From assembly GCF_009914755.1 (NCBI RefSeq), contig NC_060928.1: a stretch of 64,000 nucleotides of DNA; one strand, 5' to 3'. The position numbers and the translations under genes are program-made. Below, in pieces: positions 14,439 through 28,610 of the stretch (positions within the stretch are counted from its first letter, which is position 1; each line of letters begins with the position of its first letter). This stretch comes from the human T2T-CHM13v2.0 reference genome, Homo sapiens. The notes under the pieces were generated by a model. The model was not told the origin of the DNA. It did no database searches and saw nothing but the letters and a program-made list of their open reading frames with translations.

Positions 14439-16479
14439 TCAATATGCTTTTAAATGTAATTTTCTAAAAACAGCTTTTGGAGAGAACAGAGGCATCAATA
14501 CTGTTACAGTCTATTAGTTATCTGGCCCTATGGACATTAGTAAGTAACATTCTAGAGTATGAGTGTCAGAGACCAGTGGTTTGTCTATTAAAATAGTAGA
14601 ATTATCTTACTTGATAATTCTTGAGAAGGCTGTGACTCAGTTTACTAAATTTACTATATTTATTAAATATAAAGCAATGTTTGGCTCCTTGATTCTGCAC
14701 ACCTTTATTTGACTCTGCCTGTTTTCTTTCACATAAGGACTACAGCATTTTTTACTGACTCCTCCTTGACCATCATTTTTTTCATAATATAATAAAAACC
14801 TGGCATTTCCGTGAAGTTGACTTACTGGCTTGTATTGCTATTTACTTCTGGGATGTAGTAATATAGGGATATACTATGGAAAGAAACTTAACAAAAAACA
14901 GAGAAAATTATCTGTAGTTGTCAAGGGCTCATTAACCTTTCTGTGCCTTAAATCGAAGCCACATTTTTGTGTCTGTGTAGCTTGTCATCCTCAATAAAAT
15001 CTGCTTGAATTTGAAAATTCTATTTCTAGAGCTGCTTTTTATTTGCTCATTACTGACATCCCTCATTTACTCTTCTCAGGGAGGGACTGGATATTGGTGG
15101 GTCTCCCCACCTCAACTCTCCCGAAGGGAGAAAATTCCCTAGGTGTTTTGAGTGACACAGCAACACATTCTTTGGCTTTGTTGTCAAATTGGAAGTGTGT
15201 GAATCCTCAGTCCCTCAGGCCAGATTTCAAGTGTTTTCCCAAAGGAACTTCTCATATGGAAAATAGTCAGTCTTCCTTTGCATAATTTTTATACCTAATA
15301 AATGATTCAGATTGGGGCTGTCAGCCGTATGGTGGGCACCCTAACTGAAGGAGGCATATGAGTGGCAGATTATAATAATAGGTTATATATTTTGGTCATC
15401 AGCCTGAAATCCTAAATGAATATATTCTAACTCATTTAGTTTCTCCCCAAAGCTTTGTAAGGATATTCTTAGCATTTAATTATATCAAACAAAACTATAG
15501 TTTATTTGGAGTCAGTTATTTGTTCTGGGTTAATTAACACATCTGATTTAAAAGTGATAAACACTTAAAATAAATGGAAAATGATTCCTGGGTAGATAGG
15601 TCTAAGTGGATGCAGTTTTGTACCTGACCTGGTTCATGTGTCTGACCTATTACTACTTCAAGGAATGTAGTAGCAGGTGTTGATATTTTTCCAAACGGCA
15701 GATTGGTCATGTTTGGTGGGATATGCTTAGTGCAGTGTGAAATTGACATTTCAGAGCTCCAGGTTGCTATTTACAGTGACTGGTTTCTATTGATGAACTT
15801 TTTGCTTCTTTTATTTACAGACCCACATAAGCTTTTAAAAGTTGATTCTCAGTTTTAAATTGATTCATGCTTTTCTTTCAGATAAGGTAGTTTGAATTTC
15901 CCTGAATAGTTTTATTCTTGAGTATAATATCTTTTGGGGGATGGTGTTCATTTCACTCTTTCCTACATGTTTCTGAATAAAATAAATTTAGATTTTGAAA
16001 GGTCAGTTAGTCCAGCTGCTTTCAATTTGAAGAGACTTAATTCTCCCCAGACAAGCACAATGTATCTCACTTAAAAAATATATTTTAGAGATAAGTAGCT
16101 TAAGAATAACTGTACCTATTGAATACCTAGCATGATATCTCCCTCATTTACCTAATAAACAAGACACACATTAGGAACCAACATCAAAATGTTTTTGTAC
16201 CATATGAAAGCTGTCACAGTTTCTCTTTTTATTGTAAATGGCTCATCAACTTGGAAATTTCACATAAGTAGATCAGAATTTAAGAGTGCAGAGGATATTA
16301 GTATCCTCCTAGAAATTTGTCTGTTATGAACCCCTTTATTATTTCATATTTCCACCATGAAAGATATCTCTATAAGGATGAAGCAAAGCAGAAATAAGTA
16401 AAAAGGCAAAGGAAATAACTATACTTAAGGATATGAGTTAAGCATTTTTCTTCTCAGCCTTTATATATGTCTGTCTTTA

Positions 16480-16710
16480 ACATTTACAAAGTGTTTAGTG
16501 TGTGGAAAACATTATCTTAATATTGACTCCTAGAGCACACATTAACAACCCAATGATATATGAACTGCTGTCATCCCATTGCACAGGTAAAGAACTGAAG
16601 TATAGAGAAATTAGGTTATTTGCACAAGGTCCCACAACTAGTAAAACGCAGAGTTGATTTAAAAGCATAGCCTCTGGATCCAGACTGTCTTAACCACCAT
16701 TTACACTATG
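16480..16710 (-). mobile_element. MIR SINE
   Basis: Core 'tcccattgcacaggtaaagaactgaagtatagagaaattaggttatttgcacaaggtcccacaactagtaa'. Confidence 0.8.
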
Positions 16711-17547
16711 CTGCCCTTATGTGTCCACAAGCAACAGTTTACATACCATTTTTTAATGTTTTACTATATCATGTATCTTATTTTAGTACCAAAGGAGTAA
16801 TTATAAACATAACACAGTTATTCTGGTATTTTTAGAAATCTAAACTATTATGTCTGAGGTATACAGAGTTATGTTACATTAAAGTTTGGAATCAAATTTG
16901 TACTCTTTTGAGTTTTCTGAACACGTTTCTCTCATCAAACCATTCCAAGGTTTTTATATTGCTTTTACATTGAATCAAAAAATACATGTTTAGTAATAAT
17001 TTGATTTTTCCCCAGAGGTAGTTGTAACCCATCAATTTGAAGGGTCACTTCTAAAGTCACCTTAGAATTATTATTGGTCACAAAAAAAAAAGTTTAGTTT
17101 CAGAATCATTGTTTGGATTTGTTTGTATTCTTTCTTATACATATTTCCTAACATTTCAGTAGTTAATCTTTTTCTTTAGCAGTGATAAAAATTAAAGAGG
17201 GGTGGCTATAATTAAAAAAATAGGACAGAAAGTCACATCAAAAGTTTAACAGTGTACCTCTAAATTACACGTATAATATCAACTGATCACCTAATAATGT
17301 ATTTAGTTATATATATGCTTTATATTAGCAAAAAAGTGAACAAGTTTTATAGAAAAAATATTTATCAGAAATTAAATGATTTGTGATGTATTTTATGTTG
17401 TTATATATCCAACTCAGATATACTAAGAGTAGTCTTATATAAATGCTAATTTATACTACATCTCTCCAGTTGCCCATACTTATTTTAAACTCTGTAAGAA
17501 TTTGTTCGTTTATGAGTGGCTGCAACAGATTTAGAGAAAGATGTGGG

Positions 17548-17922
17548 ATAATTACTCCTCTCAGGCTGCCATAACAAAAGACCACAGACTGGGTGGTTTT
17601 AACAATAGAAATTAAGTTTTTCACATTTCTGGAAGCTAGAAGTCCATGATCAGGGTGCCAGCAGGGATGCTTTCTGGCGAGGCTTCTCTTGGCTTGCAGA
17701 TGGCCACCATATTGCTGTGTCCTCACACAGCTTTTCCTCTGTGTGCACACACTCCTTATGTCTCTTTCTCTTATAAGGACACCAGTCCTGTCAAATTAAG
17801 GCCCCACACTTATGACCTCATGTAACCCTAATTACCTCCGTAAAGGTCCTGTCTTCAAATATAGTCATGTTGGAGGTTAGGCTTTTAACATAATTTTTGG
17901 GGGACACATTCAGTTCCTAACA
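17548..17922 (-). mobile_element. MLT1A/B solo LTR
   Basis: 'ggctgccataacaaaagaccacagactgggtgg', 'cttataaggacaccagtc', 'gggggacacattcagttcctaaca'. Confidence 0.88.
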
Positions 17923-18107
17923 ATTAGCATCAGTGATTGTGGGTAATCTGCCAGGTTCTGCTGATCATATTCTTTTATTTTTTATGTTCAACAAACTAGC
18001 ATTGTGCAACAAATAAAGACATTTTTCTTTAACTTACCTCACTTAGAGAAAACTTCGAGGTGTTTTGTATTCACTTTATATCTTTAAGTTTAGGCAAAGT
18101 ACTAGTA

Positions 18108-18398
18108 TGATGGCTTTCAAAATTTTTTTTACCTTGATCTGCATATAGATATAGATTTTTCATTACAACTCAATTCACATGCACCCACAATCACACATGC
18201 ACATGTACTGTATAACAGAAAAAAGAGTTTATATTATGAATCTTACCCTCTTAAAAGCATTGCACCTTGGTATTTTTCTCATATTCTGTTCTCATTTATT
18301 TTTAAATTTAATAAATTTAATCCCATTAATTTAATTAATAATAGTCATGACCCACTAAATTGACTCATGAGTTAACACCAAAAATTTGAAAAACTGCT
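18108..18398. mobile_element. Ancient hAT-type MITE (family uncertain)
   Basis: 'tggctttcaaaattttttt'...'gtcatgacccactaaattgactcatga'...'tttgaaaaactg'. Confidence 0.5.
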
Positions 18399-18770
18399 TG
18401 CTAGGTAAAACTCATTTGATCAGTATTGTCTCAAGGTAGCAATGTTGCTGTATGTGCATTCCTAATAACTCCCCTAGAATTTAACATTTAAACATATTTT
18501 TAGCACAGAGTTTTGCTGTTTGTTGTTGACCACTCTCAAGCACTCAATGACTGGAAGAAAACTCTCTAGAAAGTGTAACCCTTCATTTAGAGGTGCACCA
18601 GTTTCTTTCAAATCTTGAAACAGCGCAACTAAGAGATCTAGGAGATTGCTACATTGTTGAGGTTGGGCTCCTTGAAAGCCAATTTCCCATGAAAATCAGG
18701 TGCATATGCACAGTGATATAAGCTATTCAACAAGTATCTGAATGTATTTGTCATCAATGATCTTTGTCCC

Positions 18771-19148
18771 TGATATGGCCTGGCTCTGTGTCCCCACCCA
18801 AATCTCATCTTGAATTGTAATCCAAACTGTAATCCCCACATGTTGCGGGAGGGACCTTGTGGGAGGTGATTAGATCATGGGGCTGGTTCCCCCATGCTGT
18901 TCTCATGATAGTGAATGAGTTCTCATGAGATCTGATGGTTTTATAAGGGGCTTTCCCTGCTTCACTCTGCACTTGTCTCTCCTGCCACCATGTGAAGAAA
19001 GACGTGTTTGCTTCCCCTTCCGCCAGGATTGTAAGTTTCCTGAGGCCTCCCCAGCCATGCGGAACTGTGAGTCAATTAAACCTCTTTACTTTATAAATTA
19101 CCCAGCCTTGGACAGTTCTTTGTAGCAGCGTGAGAACAGATTAATACA
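18771..19148 (+). mobile_element. THE1 (C/D-like) solo LTR
   Basis: tgatatgg...taataca termini; 5-bp TSD gtccc at 18766-18770 and 19149-19153. Confidence 0.95.
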
Positions 19149-19174
19149 GTCCCTTTTACATTAATTGGAGATAC

Positions 19175-19670
19175 TCTAGCATTCAGGGTCCTTTCAGAAA
19201 ATAGGAACCATTCTAAATACTTCAAACAGGGATAATTTAATACGGGATATTAAATGATATAGGTGATGAAAGCTCTAGAAGCCAAACCAGGAATGGTGAC
19301 TCATCCCAGAGAATGGTAACAGCAGGAAGCTGCTGGCTGGAGGCAGTGTTACTGAAACCCAGGAGCTGAGGTCATGTGGCAAAAGCTGGAACCACAGAGA
19401 GGACTGTCTAGATAAGCTTTAGTCACAAATGAGATGGAGCTGCTGCTGGAGACACTATGGGAAACAAAGAGAAGAGAGAAGAAAGAATGTGACTTCTCCC
19501 TTGCTCCTACCTTCCATCCTTTTACTAATAGCCTTCATTGGTCAAAACTACTGGAAGCCCAGAGACCAGGGGAAACAGAAAAATGTAGTTCCCCGCTATA
19601 TAGAATAGAACCAGGGAGAGGCAGGGATTGGATCTAAGACCAACTAATCTAAGCAAATGATTGGCATAGA
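19175..19670. mobile_element. Ancient LTR (LTR78-like)
   Basis: 'cagggtcctttcagaaaataggaaccattcta..ttcaaacagg..atttaatacggg', 'aacagcaggaagctgct'. Confidence 0.5.
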
Positions 19671-20103
19671 TACTTAGAGTCATCTGGTTTTTTTTCTTAT
19701 TTAATTAATTCTATTTTTGTCATAATACCCACGTAAAAATTCACCCTTGTAAATTACACTCATGTTCATAGATCATAGGATATGAGTTTTAGGCTTTTAG
19801 AATATGCCTTTCTCTCTCATGTTTTCATTGAATATATGTGCCTTAATTTATCTGTTTCCTTCTAATGGAACATTGAGGTTGCATTTGACATTTTGCTGTT
19901 ATAAATTACTCTGACGTTGACTATATTCATGGAAAGATAGTTTCTCCTATACTGTTTTATTATTTTAAAAGTTATACTCAGAAGATGGATTAGTGTCCCA
20001 AAAGCATGAATAGGTTTTTGACTCTTTTTTTTTTTTTTTTTTTTTTTTTACCAGATTGCTTTTCTATAGCATTTTTCCAGTGTTCCAGTATATAAGTATG
20101 ATA

Positions 20104-20531
20104 AGTTAGAAGAAAAGCTTTGGACAATTGAATTGCCAGAGTTTAACTGAGCAAAGAATGATTCATGAATTGAGTCGCCCCCAGAACAGAATATGTTGAG
20201 AGTGATTCCTGGCTGTCACATGGTCAGTTAAGCTTATGGATGGACAGAAAAAAGAAGGTGATGTGCAGAAAATGGAAGTGAGGAACAGAAACAGCTAGAT
20301 TGGTTACAGCTGGGTGTTTGCTTTATTTGAATAGGGTTTGAACAGTTGACCGCATGTGATTGGCTGAAACTCGGATGCAATGATTGGCTGAGACTTGGCT
20401 ACTTGTTATAAGAGTAAGTTACAGTCTATTTATACATCCAGTTAGGTTACAGTTCACTATGTATGGAGAAACCTTTAGGTCAAACATAAAATATGTAAGG
20501 AGTAAACTTAAGGTTAAACTTAATTTAAACA
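20104..20531 (-). mobile_element. MER57-family solo LTR (ERV1)
   Basis: 'gagtttaactgagcaaagaatgattcatgaatt', 'gaaacagctagattggttacagct', repeated 'tgattggctga', end 'taaacttaatttaaaca'. Confidence 0.8.
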
Positions 20532-21167
20532 ACCAATTTTACTGACTTTTATCTACATTAGAATCGTTTCATTAAAAAAATCTTGTTGCTTCATTTAGTT
20601 GGTGAGTTATGGTAACTGGTTTTCAATGGTTTTATTAGGTTTTATTAGGTTTTATTAGGATATTGAGTATATTTTTCACAAATTTATTGACAAGTGGCAC
20701 ATTTTCTTTTGTAAATAGCTTATTTACATTTTTGCATATTCTTCTAACAAGTTTGCTAAGACTGTGGATCTAAGAAGACAGAAAACCGTTTAACATGGAC
20801 TCTCATATTGAAAAAAACAAAAACTATAAGCCTGTGTCTCTCCTTCAGCCCTGTAGCCTGGGTGGTGGACTAGAATGAACTATATTGAAAGATCCCTGAA
20901 GTCCATTTCCTAAACCAGCCTGACTGGTTCCCTTACAATTCACAATAATAGCTTCTTTTGTCTTTTTCTTCTCTGTGCCCTTAGAACTGGGGTTTGGGGT
21001 TAGGGAGGGTCAGTCTTTCAAAAAACAAGCACTTAATTTCTCGAAGTGTCATCTTGAGAAAATGATGTGTTTTTTTTCATGAAAGAATTCTAGTTTTTTG
21101 CCTTTTTCTTTTAACTTAAAAACATTTTGTTCCACAAATAAAAATATTTTGAGAAGAAATAGTGTAA

Positions 21168-21466
<299 letters not shown>

Positions 21467-22361
21467 AATAATTTTTATATTCTTAAATCTGTGCCTATGT
21501 GTTTTTATACATAGTATGAATTACTGCTTTGTTGTTTTGAAAATTAGTTCTTAGCAGTCTATAGGTTTAAAAATTTTCCTTTAGAATTTGAAAGGACCTT
21601 AGAGATAATCAGGCCTATTGTTTTATTTTCTTACATATTCACTAACACAGGAGACTATCTTAGTTTTGTAAGAAAAATAAAACATCTTTTATATATTTGA
21701 GGTTTGCAACAATAAAAAGCTTAATTTAGCTCCTTTAAATGCTTTAATTTCCTTCCTTTGAAATCATTAGACTGCATACTTTAAGTTAAACTCACAATAA
21801 TTATTTAATTAGCATTCAATATATATAATATAGTTGGGTAAAATATGCTGATTTTTACTTAAATGTTAACGTGGTTAATTTAAGATTTATTTCCTACTTC
21901 TAGCTGTCATAAGGTGTTATTTATGATTTATTCTTCCCTTGGGAAAATTATTCAGGATTTATATTATTCTCATATAATCTATTCTATAAAACAAGTATGG
22001 AACAAAAAATAAAAGTATGATTTTTGTAGGATAGATTATGTGAAAATAATATAAGAATAAGAGATATAAGCTATTCAACAAGTGACATAAGCTATTCACT
22101 ATTTTATAGAATATAGAATATATTATTCTCATATAAACCATTCAATAAAACAAGTATAGAACAAAGAATCAAAGTATGAAACTACATTTATTTTCTAAAA
22201 TGTTTTAATTTAAATGAGAAAATTATTTTACATTTAGTAAAAACATACAAAAATTTATACTGACTAATAATCCACTTACAAATTTCATTAAATAATATTT
22301 TATTTTCAATCATTTCTATTTAATTAGAGAAAATAAGAAGTTATTTTTAAAAATATACTAT

Positions 22362-22362
<1 letters not shown>

Positions 22363-22409
<47 letters not shown>
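22363..22409. repeat. (CG)n(CA)n microsatellite
   Basis: Seen directly in the sequence. Confidence 0.97.
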
Positions 22410-22410
<1 letters not shown>

Positions 22411-22897
22411 ACTTTTCCTTTCCTGCCAAGAGGATAAAGCCATCATAAGGCTAGGTCTGCAGAGGGGCAGTCTTCATGAACCAGTGACAGTTTGCTGATA
22501 AAGGAAGCAGCTAGTAAACCATGGATAAAATTAACCTACCCATGGTAACCACATTTTATGGATCTACAGCTGGAAGATGTGGTTTATGATCAACTGAAGC
22601 TTCATCTTTTACTATTTCCCTGTCCTCCCCAGGTTTTTATTCCAAGTTTCTATTTTTAGATTATTGAATGTCTCATGATTTCCTTCCTCTGCACCTTTGC
22701 AATTGCTGTTTTCTCTTCCTAGAATCTCCAGAATTTGTATCAATTTTGCAAGCAAAATTTGTAATAATAGCTTTCCTGGCTGGTATAGTTTATAATAGAT
22801 TATTTAATTTGTTTATTTGTTTTTTGGTATTCCACATTTTTTACCCCTGATTTTTTGTGTATATGTTACCTTTACAATCAGAATACAGATTTTATTT

Positions 22898-23193
22898 TAT
22901 TTATTTTTGAGACAAGGCCTCACTCTGTCACCCAGGCTGGAATGCAATGGCACATTTATAGCTCACTGCAGCCTCAATCTCCTGGGCTGAAGTGATCCTC
23001 TCACCTCAGCCTCCTGAGTAGGTGGGACTACAGGCCCACCACCATGCCTGCCTAATTTTTAAAAAAATTTTGAATAGAGATACAATATTGTTACGTTTTG
23101 CAGGCTGGTCTCCCAATTCCTGAGTTTAAGCAATCCTCCCACCTCAGCCTCCCAAAATGCTAGGATTACAGGTGTGAACCACCACACCCGGCC
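22898..23193 (-). mobile_element. AluJ
   Basis: 'atagctcactgcagcctcaatctcctgggct'; TSD cagattttattt at 22886 and 23194. Confidence 0.92.
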
Positions 23194-23724
23194 CAGATTT
23201 TATTTGTTTGCTTATACACATCATCTATATCCTAACATGATTTGACAGATTGGCAGAAGAAAAAGCTTGCTTTGAAAGTCCGTTTTGACTTAACCACATA
23301 GCGGCAAACTGAATTAAATATGAAACTCAGATCTTAAAAGTTCAGCACGTTTATAGCTGCTCATTCTGTTTTATTTCTTATGTTTTTCTTTTACTTAGCG
23401 TTTAGACTGAGCGTCTTCTATTTTAGCATTTCCCCGCGTAGCACCTTTCTGAGAATTACTTGCTTAACAAAAATTAACTGTCTGTTCCTTATACTTTTTT
23501 TTTTTCCTTTTTTTTTTATTATTATACTTTAAGTTCTGGGATACATGTGCAGAACATGCAGGTTTGTTAAATAAGTATACATGTGCCATGGTGGTTTGCT
23601 GCACCCATCAATCCGTCACCTACATTAGGTATTTCTCCTAATGCTATCCCTCCTCTATTCCCCCAAACTCTAACAGGCCCTGGAGTATGATATTCCCCTC
23701 CCTGTGTCCATGTGTTCTCATTAT

Positions 23725-26700
23725 TCAACTCCCACTTATGAGTGAGAATATGCAGTGTTTGGTTTTCTGTCCCTGTGTTAGTTTGCTGAGAATGATGGTT
23801 TCCAGCTTCATCCATGTCCCTGCAAAGGACATGAACTCATCCTTTTTTATGGCTGCATAGTATTCCATGGTGTATATGTGCCACATTTTCTTTATCCAGT
23901 CTATCATTGATGGCCATTTGGGTTGGTTCCAAGTCTGTGGTATTGTGAACAGTGCTGCAATAAACTATGTGTGTATGTGTCTTTACAGCAGAATGATTTA
24001 TAATCCTAAGGGTATATACCCAATAATGGGATTGCTGGGTCAAATGGTATTTCTGGTTCTGTATCCTTGAGGAATCGCCACACTGTCTTCCACAATGGTT
24101 GAACTAATTTATACTCCCATCAATAGTGTAAAAGCATTCCTATTTCTCCATATCCTCTCCAGCACCTGTTGTTTCCTGACTTTTTAATGATCGCCATTCT
24201 AACTGCCATGAGATGGTATCTCATTGTGGTTTTGATTTGAATTTCTCTAACGAACAGTGATGATGAGTTTTTTTTCCATATGTTTGTTGGCCACATAAAT
24301 GTCTTCTTTTGAGAACTGTCCGTGCATATACTTCGCCAACTTTTTGATGAGGTTTTTTTTTTCTTGCAAATTTGTTTAAGTTTCTTGTAGATTCTGGATA
24401 TTAGCCCTTTAACAGATGGATAAATTGCAAAAATTTTCTCCCATTCTGTAGGTTGCCTATTCACTCTGATGATAGTTTCTTTTGCTGTGCAAAAGCTCTT
24501 TAGTTTAATTAAATCCCATTTGTCAGTTTTGGCTTTGGTTGCCATTGGTTTTGGTGTTTTAGTCATGAAGTCTTTGCCCATTCCTATGTCCTGAATGGTA
24601 TTGCCTAGGTTTTCTTCTAGAGTTTTTATGGTTTTAGGTCTAACATTTAAGTCTTTAATCCATCTTAAGTTAATTATTGTATAAGGTGTAAGGAAGGGGT
24701 CCAGTTTCAGTTTTCAGCATATGGCTAGTCAGTTTTCCCAACACCATTTATTAAATAGGGAATCCTTTTCCCATTGCTTGTTTTTGTCAGGTTTGTCAAA
24801 GATCAGACGGTTGTAGATGTGTGATGTTACTTCTGAGGCCTCTGTTCTGTTCCATTCGTCTATATATCTGTTTTGGTACCAGTACCATACTGTTTTGGTT
24901 ACTGTAGCCTTGTAGTATAGTCTGAAGTCAGGTAGCATGATGCCTCCAGATTTGTTCGTTTTGCTTAGGATTGTCTTGGCTATACAGGCTCTTTTTTGGT
25001 TCCATATGAACTTTAAAGTAGTTTTTTTCTAATTCTGTGAAGAAAGTCAATGGTAGCTTGATGTTGATAGCACTGAATCTATAAATTACTTTGGGCAGTA
25101 TGGCCATTTTCACGATATTGATTCTTCCTATCCATGAGCATGGAATGTTTTTCCATTTGTTTGTGTCCTCTCTGATATCCTTGAGCAGTGGTTTGTAGTT
25201 CTTGAAAAGGTGCTTCACATCCATTGTAAGTTGTATTCCTAGGTATTTTATTCTCTTAGTAGCAATTGTGAATGGGAGTTCACTCATGATTTGGCTGTTT
25301 GTCCATTATTGGTGCATAGCAATGCTTGTGATTTTTGCACACTACTTTGTATACAACTTTGCTGAAGGTGCTTATCAGCTTAAGGAGTTTTGGGGCTAAG
25401 ACAATGGGGTTTTCTAAATAAACAGTCATGTCATCTGCAAACAGAGATAATTTGACTTCCTCTCTTCCTATTTGAATAACCCTTTATTTCTTTCTCTTGC
25501 CTGATTGCCCTGACCAGAACTTCCAATATTATGTTGAATATGAGTGGTGAGAGAGGAGATCCTTGTGCCAGTTTTCAAAGGGAATGCTTCCAGCTTTTGC
25601 CTATTCAGTACTATATTGGCTGTGGGTTTGTCATAAATAGCTCTTATTGTTTTGATATGTGTTCCATCAGTACCTAATTTATTGAGTGTTTTTAGCATGA
25701 AGTGGTGTGGAATTTTATCGAGGGCCTTTTCTGCATCTATTGAGATAATCATGTGGTTTTTGTCATTGGTTCTGTTTATATGATGGATTACATTTATTGA
25801 TTTGCATATGTTGAACCAGCTTTGCATCCCAGGGATGAAGCCAATTTGATCATGGTGGATAAGCTTTTTGATGTGCTACTGGATTTGGTTTGCCAGTATT
25901 TTATTGAGGATTTTTGCTTCAAAGTTCATCATGGATATTAGCCTGAAGTTTTCTTTTTTTGTTGTGTCTCTGCCAGGTTTTAGTATCAGGATGATGTTGG
26001 CCTCATAAAATGAGTTAGGGAGGAGTCCCTCTTTTTCTGTTGTTTGCAATAGTTTCAGAAGGAATAGTACCAGCTTCTCTTTGTACCTCTGGTAGAATTC
26101 GGCTGTGAATCTGTCTGGTCCTGGACTTTTTTTGGTTGGTAGGCTATTAATTACTGCCTCAATTTCAGAACTTGTTATTGGTCTATTCAGGGATTGGACT
26201 TCTTCCTGGTTTAGTCCTGGGAAGGTGTATGTGTCCAGGAATTTATCCATTTCTTGTAGATTTTCTAGTTTATTTGTATAGAGGTGTTCATAGTATTCTT
26301 TTATGGTAGTTTGTATTTCTGTGGGATAGTGGTGATATCCCCTTTATCATTTTTTATCATGTCTGTTTGATTCTTCTCACTTTTCTTCTTTATTAGTCTG
26401 GCTAGCTGTCTATCTATTTTGTTAATCTTTTCAAAAATCCAGCTCCTGGATTCATTGATTTTTTTTGAAGGGTTTTTCATGTCTCTGTCTCCCTCAGTTC
26501 TGCTTTGATCTTAGTTATTTCTTGTCTTCTACCAGCTTCTGAATTTGTTTGCTCTTGCTTCTCTAGTTCTTTTAATTGTGATGTTAGGGTGTTGATTTTA
26601 GATCTTTCCTGCTTTCTCCTGTGGACATTTAGTGCTATAAATTTCCCTGTTAACACTGCTTTAGCTGTGTCCCAGAGATTCTGGTACATTGTGCCTTTTT

Positions 26701-27520
26701 TCTCATTGTTTTCAAAGAACTTATTTATTTCAGCCTTAATTTCGTTATTTACCCTGTAGTCACTCAGGAGCAGGTTGTTCAGTTTCCATGTAGTTGTGCA
26801 GTTTTGAGTGAGTTTCTTAATCCTGAGTTCTAATTTGATTGCACTGTGGTCTGCGAGACTGTTATGATTTCTGTTCTTTTGCATTTGCTGTGGAGTGTTT
26901 TACTTCCAATTATGTGGTCAGTTTTAGAATAAGTGTGATGTGGTGCTGAGAAGAATGTATATTCTGTTGATTTGGGGTGGAGAGTTCTGTAGATGTTTAT
27001 TAGGTTCGCTTGGTCCAGAGCTGAGTTCAAATTTTGAATATCCTTGTTAATTTTCTGTCTCATTGGTCTGGCTAATATTGACAGTGGGGTGTTAAAGTCT
27101 CCCACTATTATTGTGTGGGAGTCTCAGTCTCTTTGTAGGTCTCTAAGAACTTGCTTTATGAATCTGGGGTGCTCCTGTATTGGGTGCATATATATTTAGG
27201 ATAGTTAGCTCTTCTTATTGCATTGATCCCCTTACCATTATGTAATGCCCTTCTTTGTCTCTTTTGATCTTTGTTAGTTAAAGTCAGTTTTATCAGAGAC
27301 TAGGATTGCAACCCCTGCTTTTTTGCTTTCCATTTGCTTGGTAAATATTCCTCCATCCCTTTATTTTGAGCCTATGTATGTCTTTGCACATGAGATGGCT
27401 CTCTTGAATAGAGCACACTGATGGGTCTTGACTGTATTCAATTTGCCAGTCTGTGTCTTTTAATTGGGGCATTTAGCCCATTTACATTAAGTTTAATATT
27501 GTTATGTGTGAATTTGAAAC
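23725..27520 (-). pseudogene. L1 ORF2 (endonuclease/reverse transcriptase), disrupted by many stops and frameshifts
   Basis: Fragments [69 protein letters not shown] in separate ORFs. Confidence 0.93.
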
Positions 27521-27589
27521 TGTCATTATGATGCAAGCCGGTTATTTTGCCCATTAGTTGATTCAATTTCTTCATAGTGTCGATAATCT

Positions 27590-28610
27590 TCACAATTTCG
27601 TATGTTTTTGCAGTTGCTGGTACTGGTTTTTCCTTTCCATATTTAGTGCTTCCTTCAGGAGCTCTTGTAAGGCAGGCCTGGTGGTGACAAAATCCCTCAG
27701 CATTTGCTTGTCTATAAAGGATTTTATTTCTCCTTTGCTTATGAAGCTTAGTTTGGCTGGATATGAAACTCTGGGTTGAAAATTCTTTTCTTTAAGAATG
27801 TTGAATATTGGTCCCCACTCTCTTCTGGCTTGTAGGTTTTCTTCAGAGAGATCCGCTGTTAGTCTGACGGGCTTCCCTTTGTGGGTAACCTGACCTTTCT
27901 CTCTGGCCGCCCTTAACATTTTTTCCTTCATTTCAACCTTGGTGAATCTGATGATTATGTGTCTTGGGGCTACTCTTCTTGAGGAGTACCTTTGTGGTGT
28001 TCTCTGTATTTCCTGAATTTGAAATTGGGCCTATCTTTCTAGACTGGTTGGGGTAGTTCTCCTGGATAATATCCCAAGGAGTGTTTTTCAACTAGGTTCC
28101 AGTCTCCCTGTCACTTTCAGGTACACCAATCAAACTTAGGTTTCGTCTTTTTACATAGTCCCATATTTCTTGGAGGCTTTGTTCATTCCTTTTCATTCTT
28201 TTTTCTCTAATCTTGTCTTCATGCTTTATTTCATTACATTGATCGTCAGTCTCTGATATCCTTTCTTCTTGATTGATTAGGCTATTGATACTTTTTTATG
28301 CGTCACAAAGTTCTTGTGCTGTGTTTTTCAGTTCCAGCAGGTCATTTATGTTCTTCTCTAAACTGGTTATTCTATTAGCAATTCCTCTAACCTTTTTTCA
28401 AGGTTCTTAGCTTCTTTGCATTGGGTTAGAACATGTTCTTTTAGCTTGAAGGCGTTTGCTATTGCCTTCTGAATCCTACTTCTGTCAATTCGCCAAACTC
28501 ATTTTCCATCCAGTTTTGTTCCCTTGCTGGCGAGTTGTGATCCTTTGGGGGAGAAGAGGCATTCTGGATTTTGGAATTTATAGGCTTTTGGCACTGGTTT
28601 TTCATCATCT
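27590..28610 (-). pseudogene. L1 ORF1, disrupted; only the C-terminal 113 codons are open
   Basis: ORF 27590-27931 MKEKMLRAAREKGQVTHKGKPVRLTADLS...ELLKEAL matches the ORF1p C-terminus. Confidence 0.9.

Noticed and set aside
14019-14453. 144-aa ORF and similar ORFs at 3493, 21049, 35266, 35560, 44338, 50851
   Set aside because: Typical Alu translations ([19 protein letters not shown]); not genes
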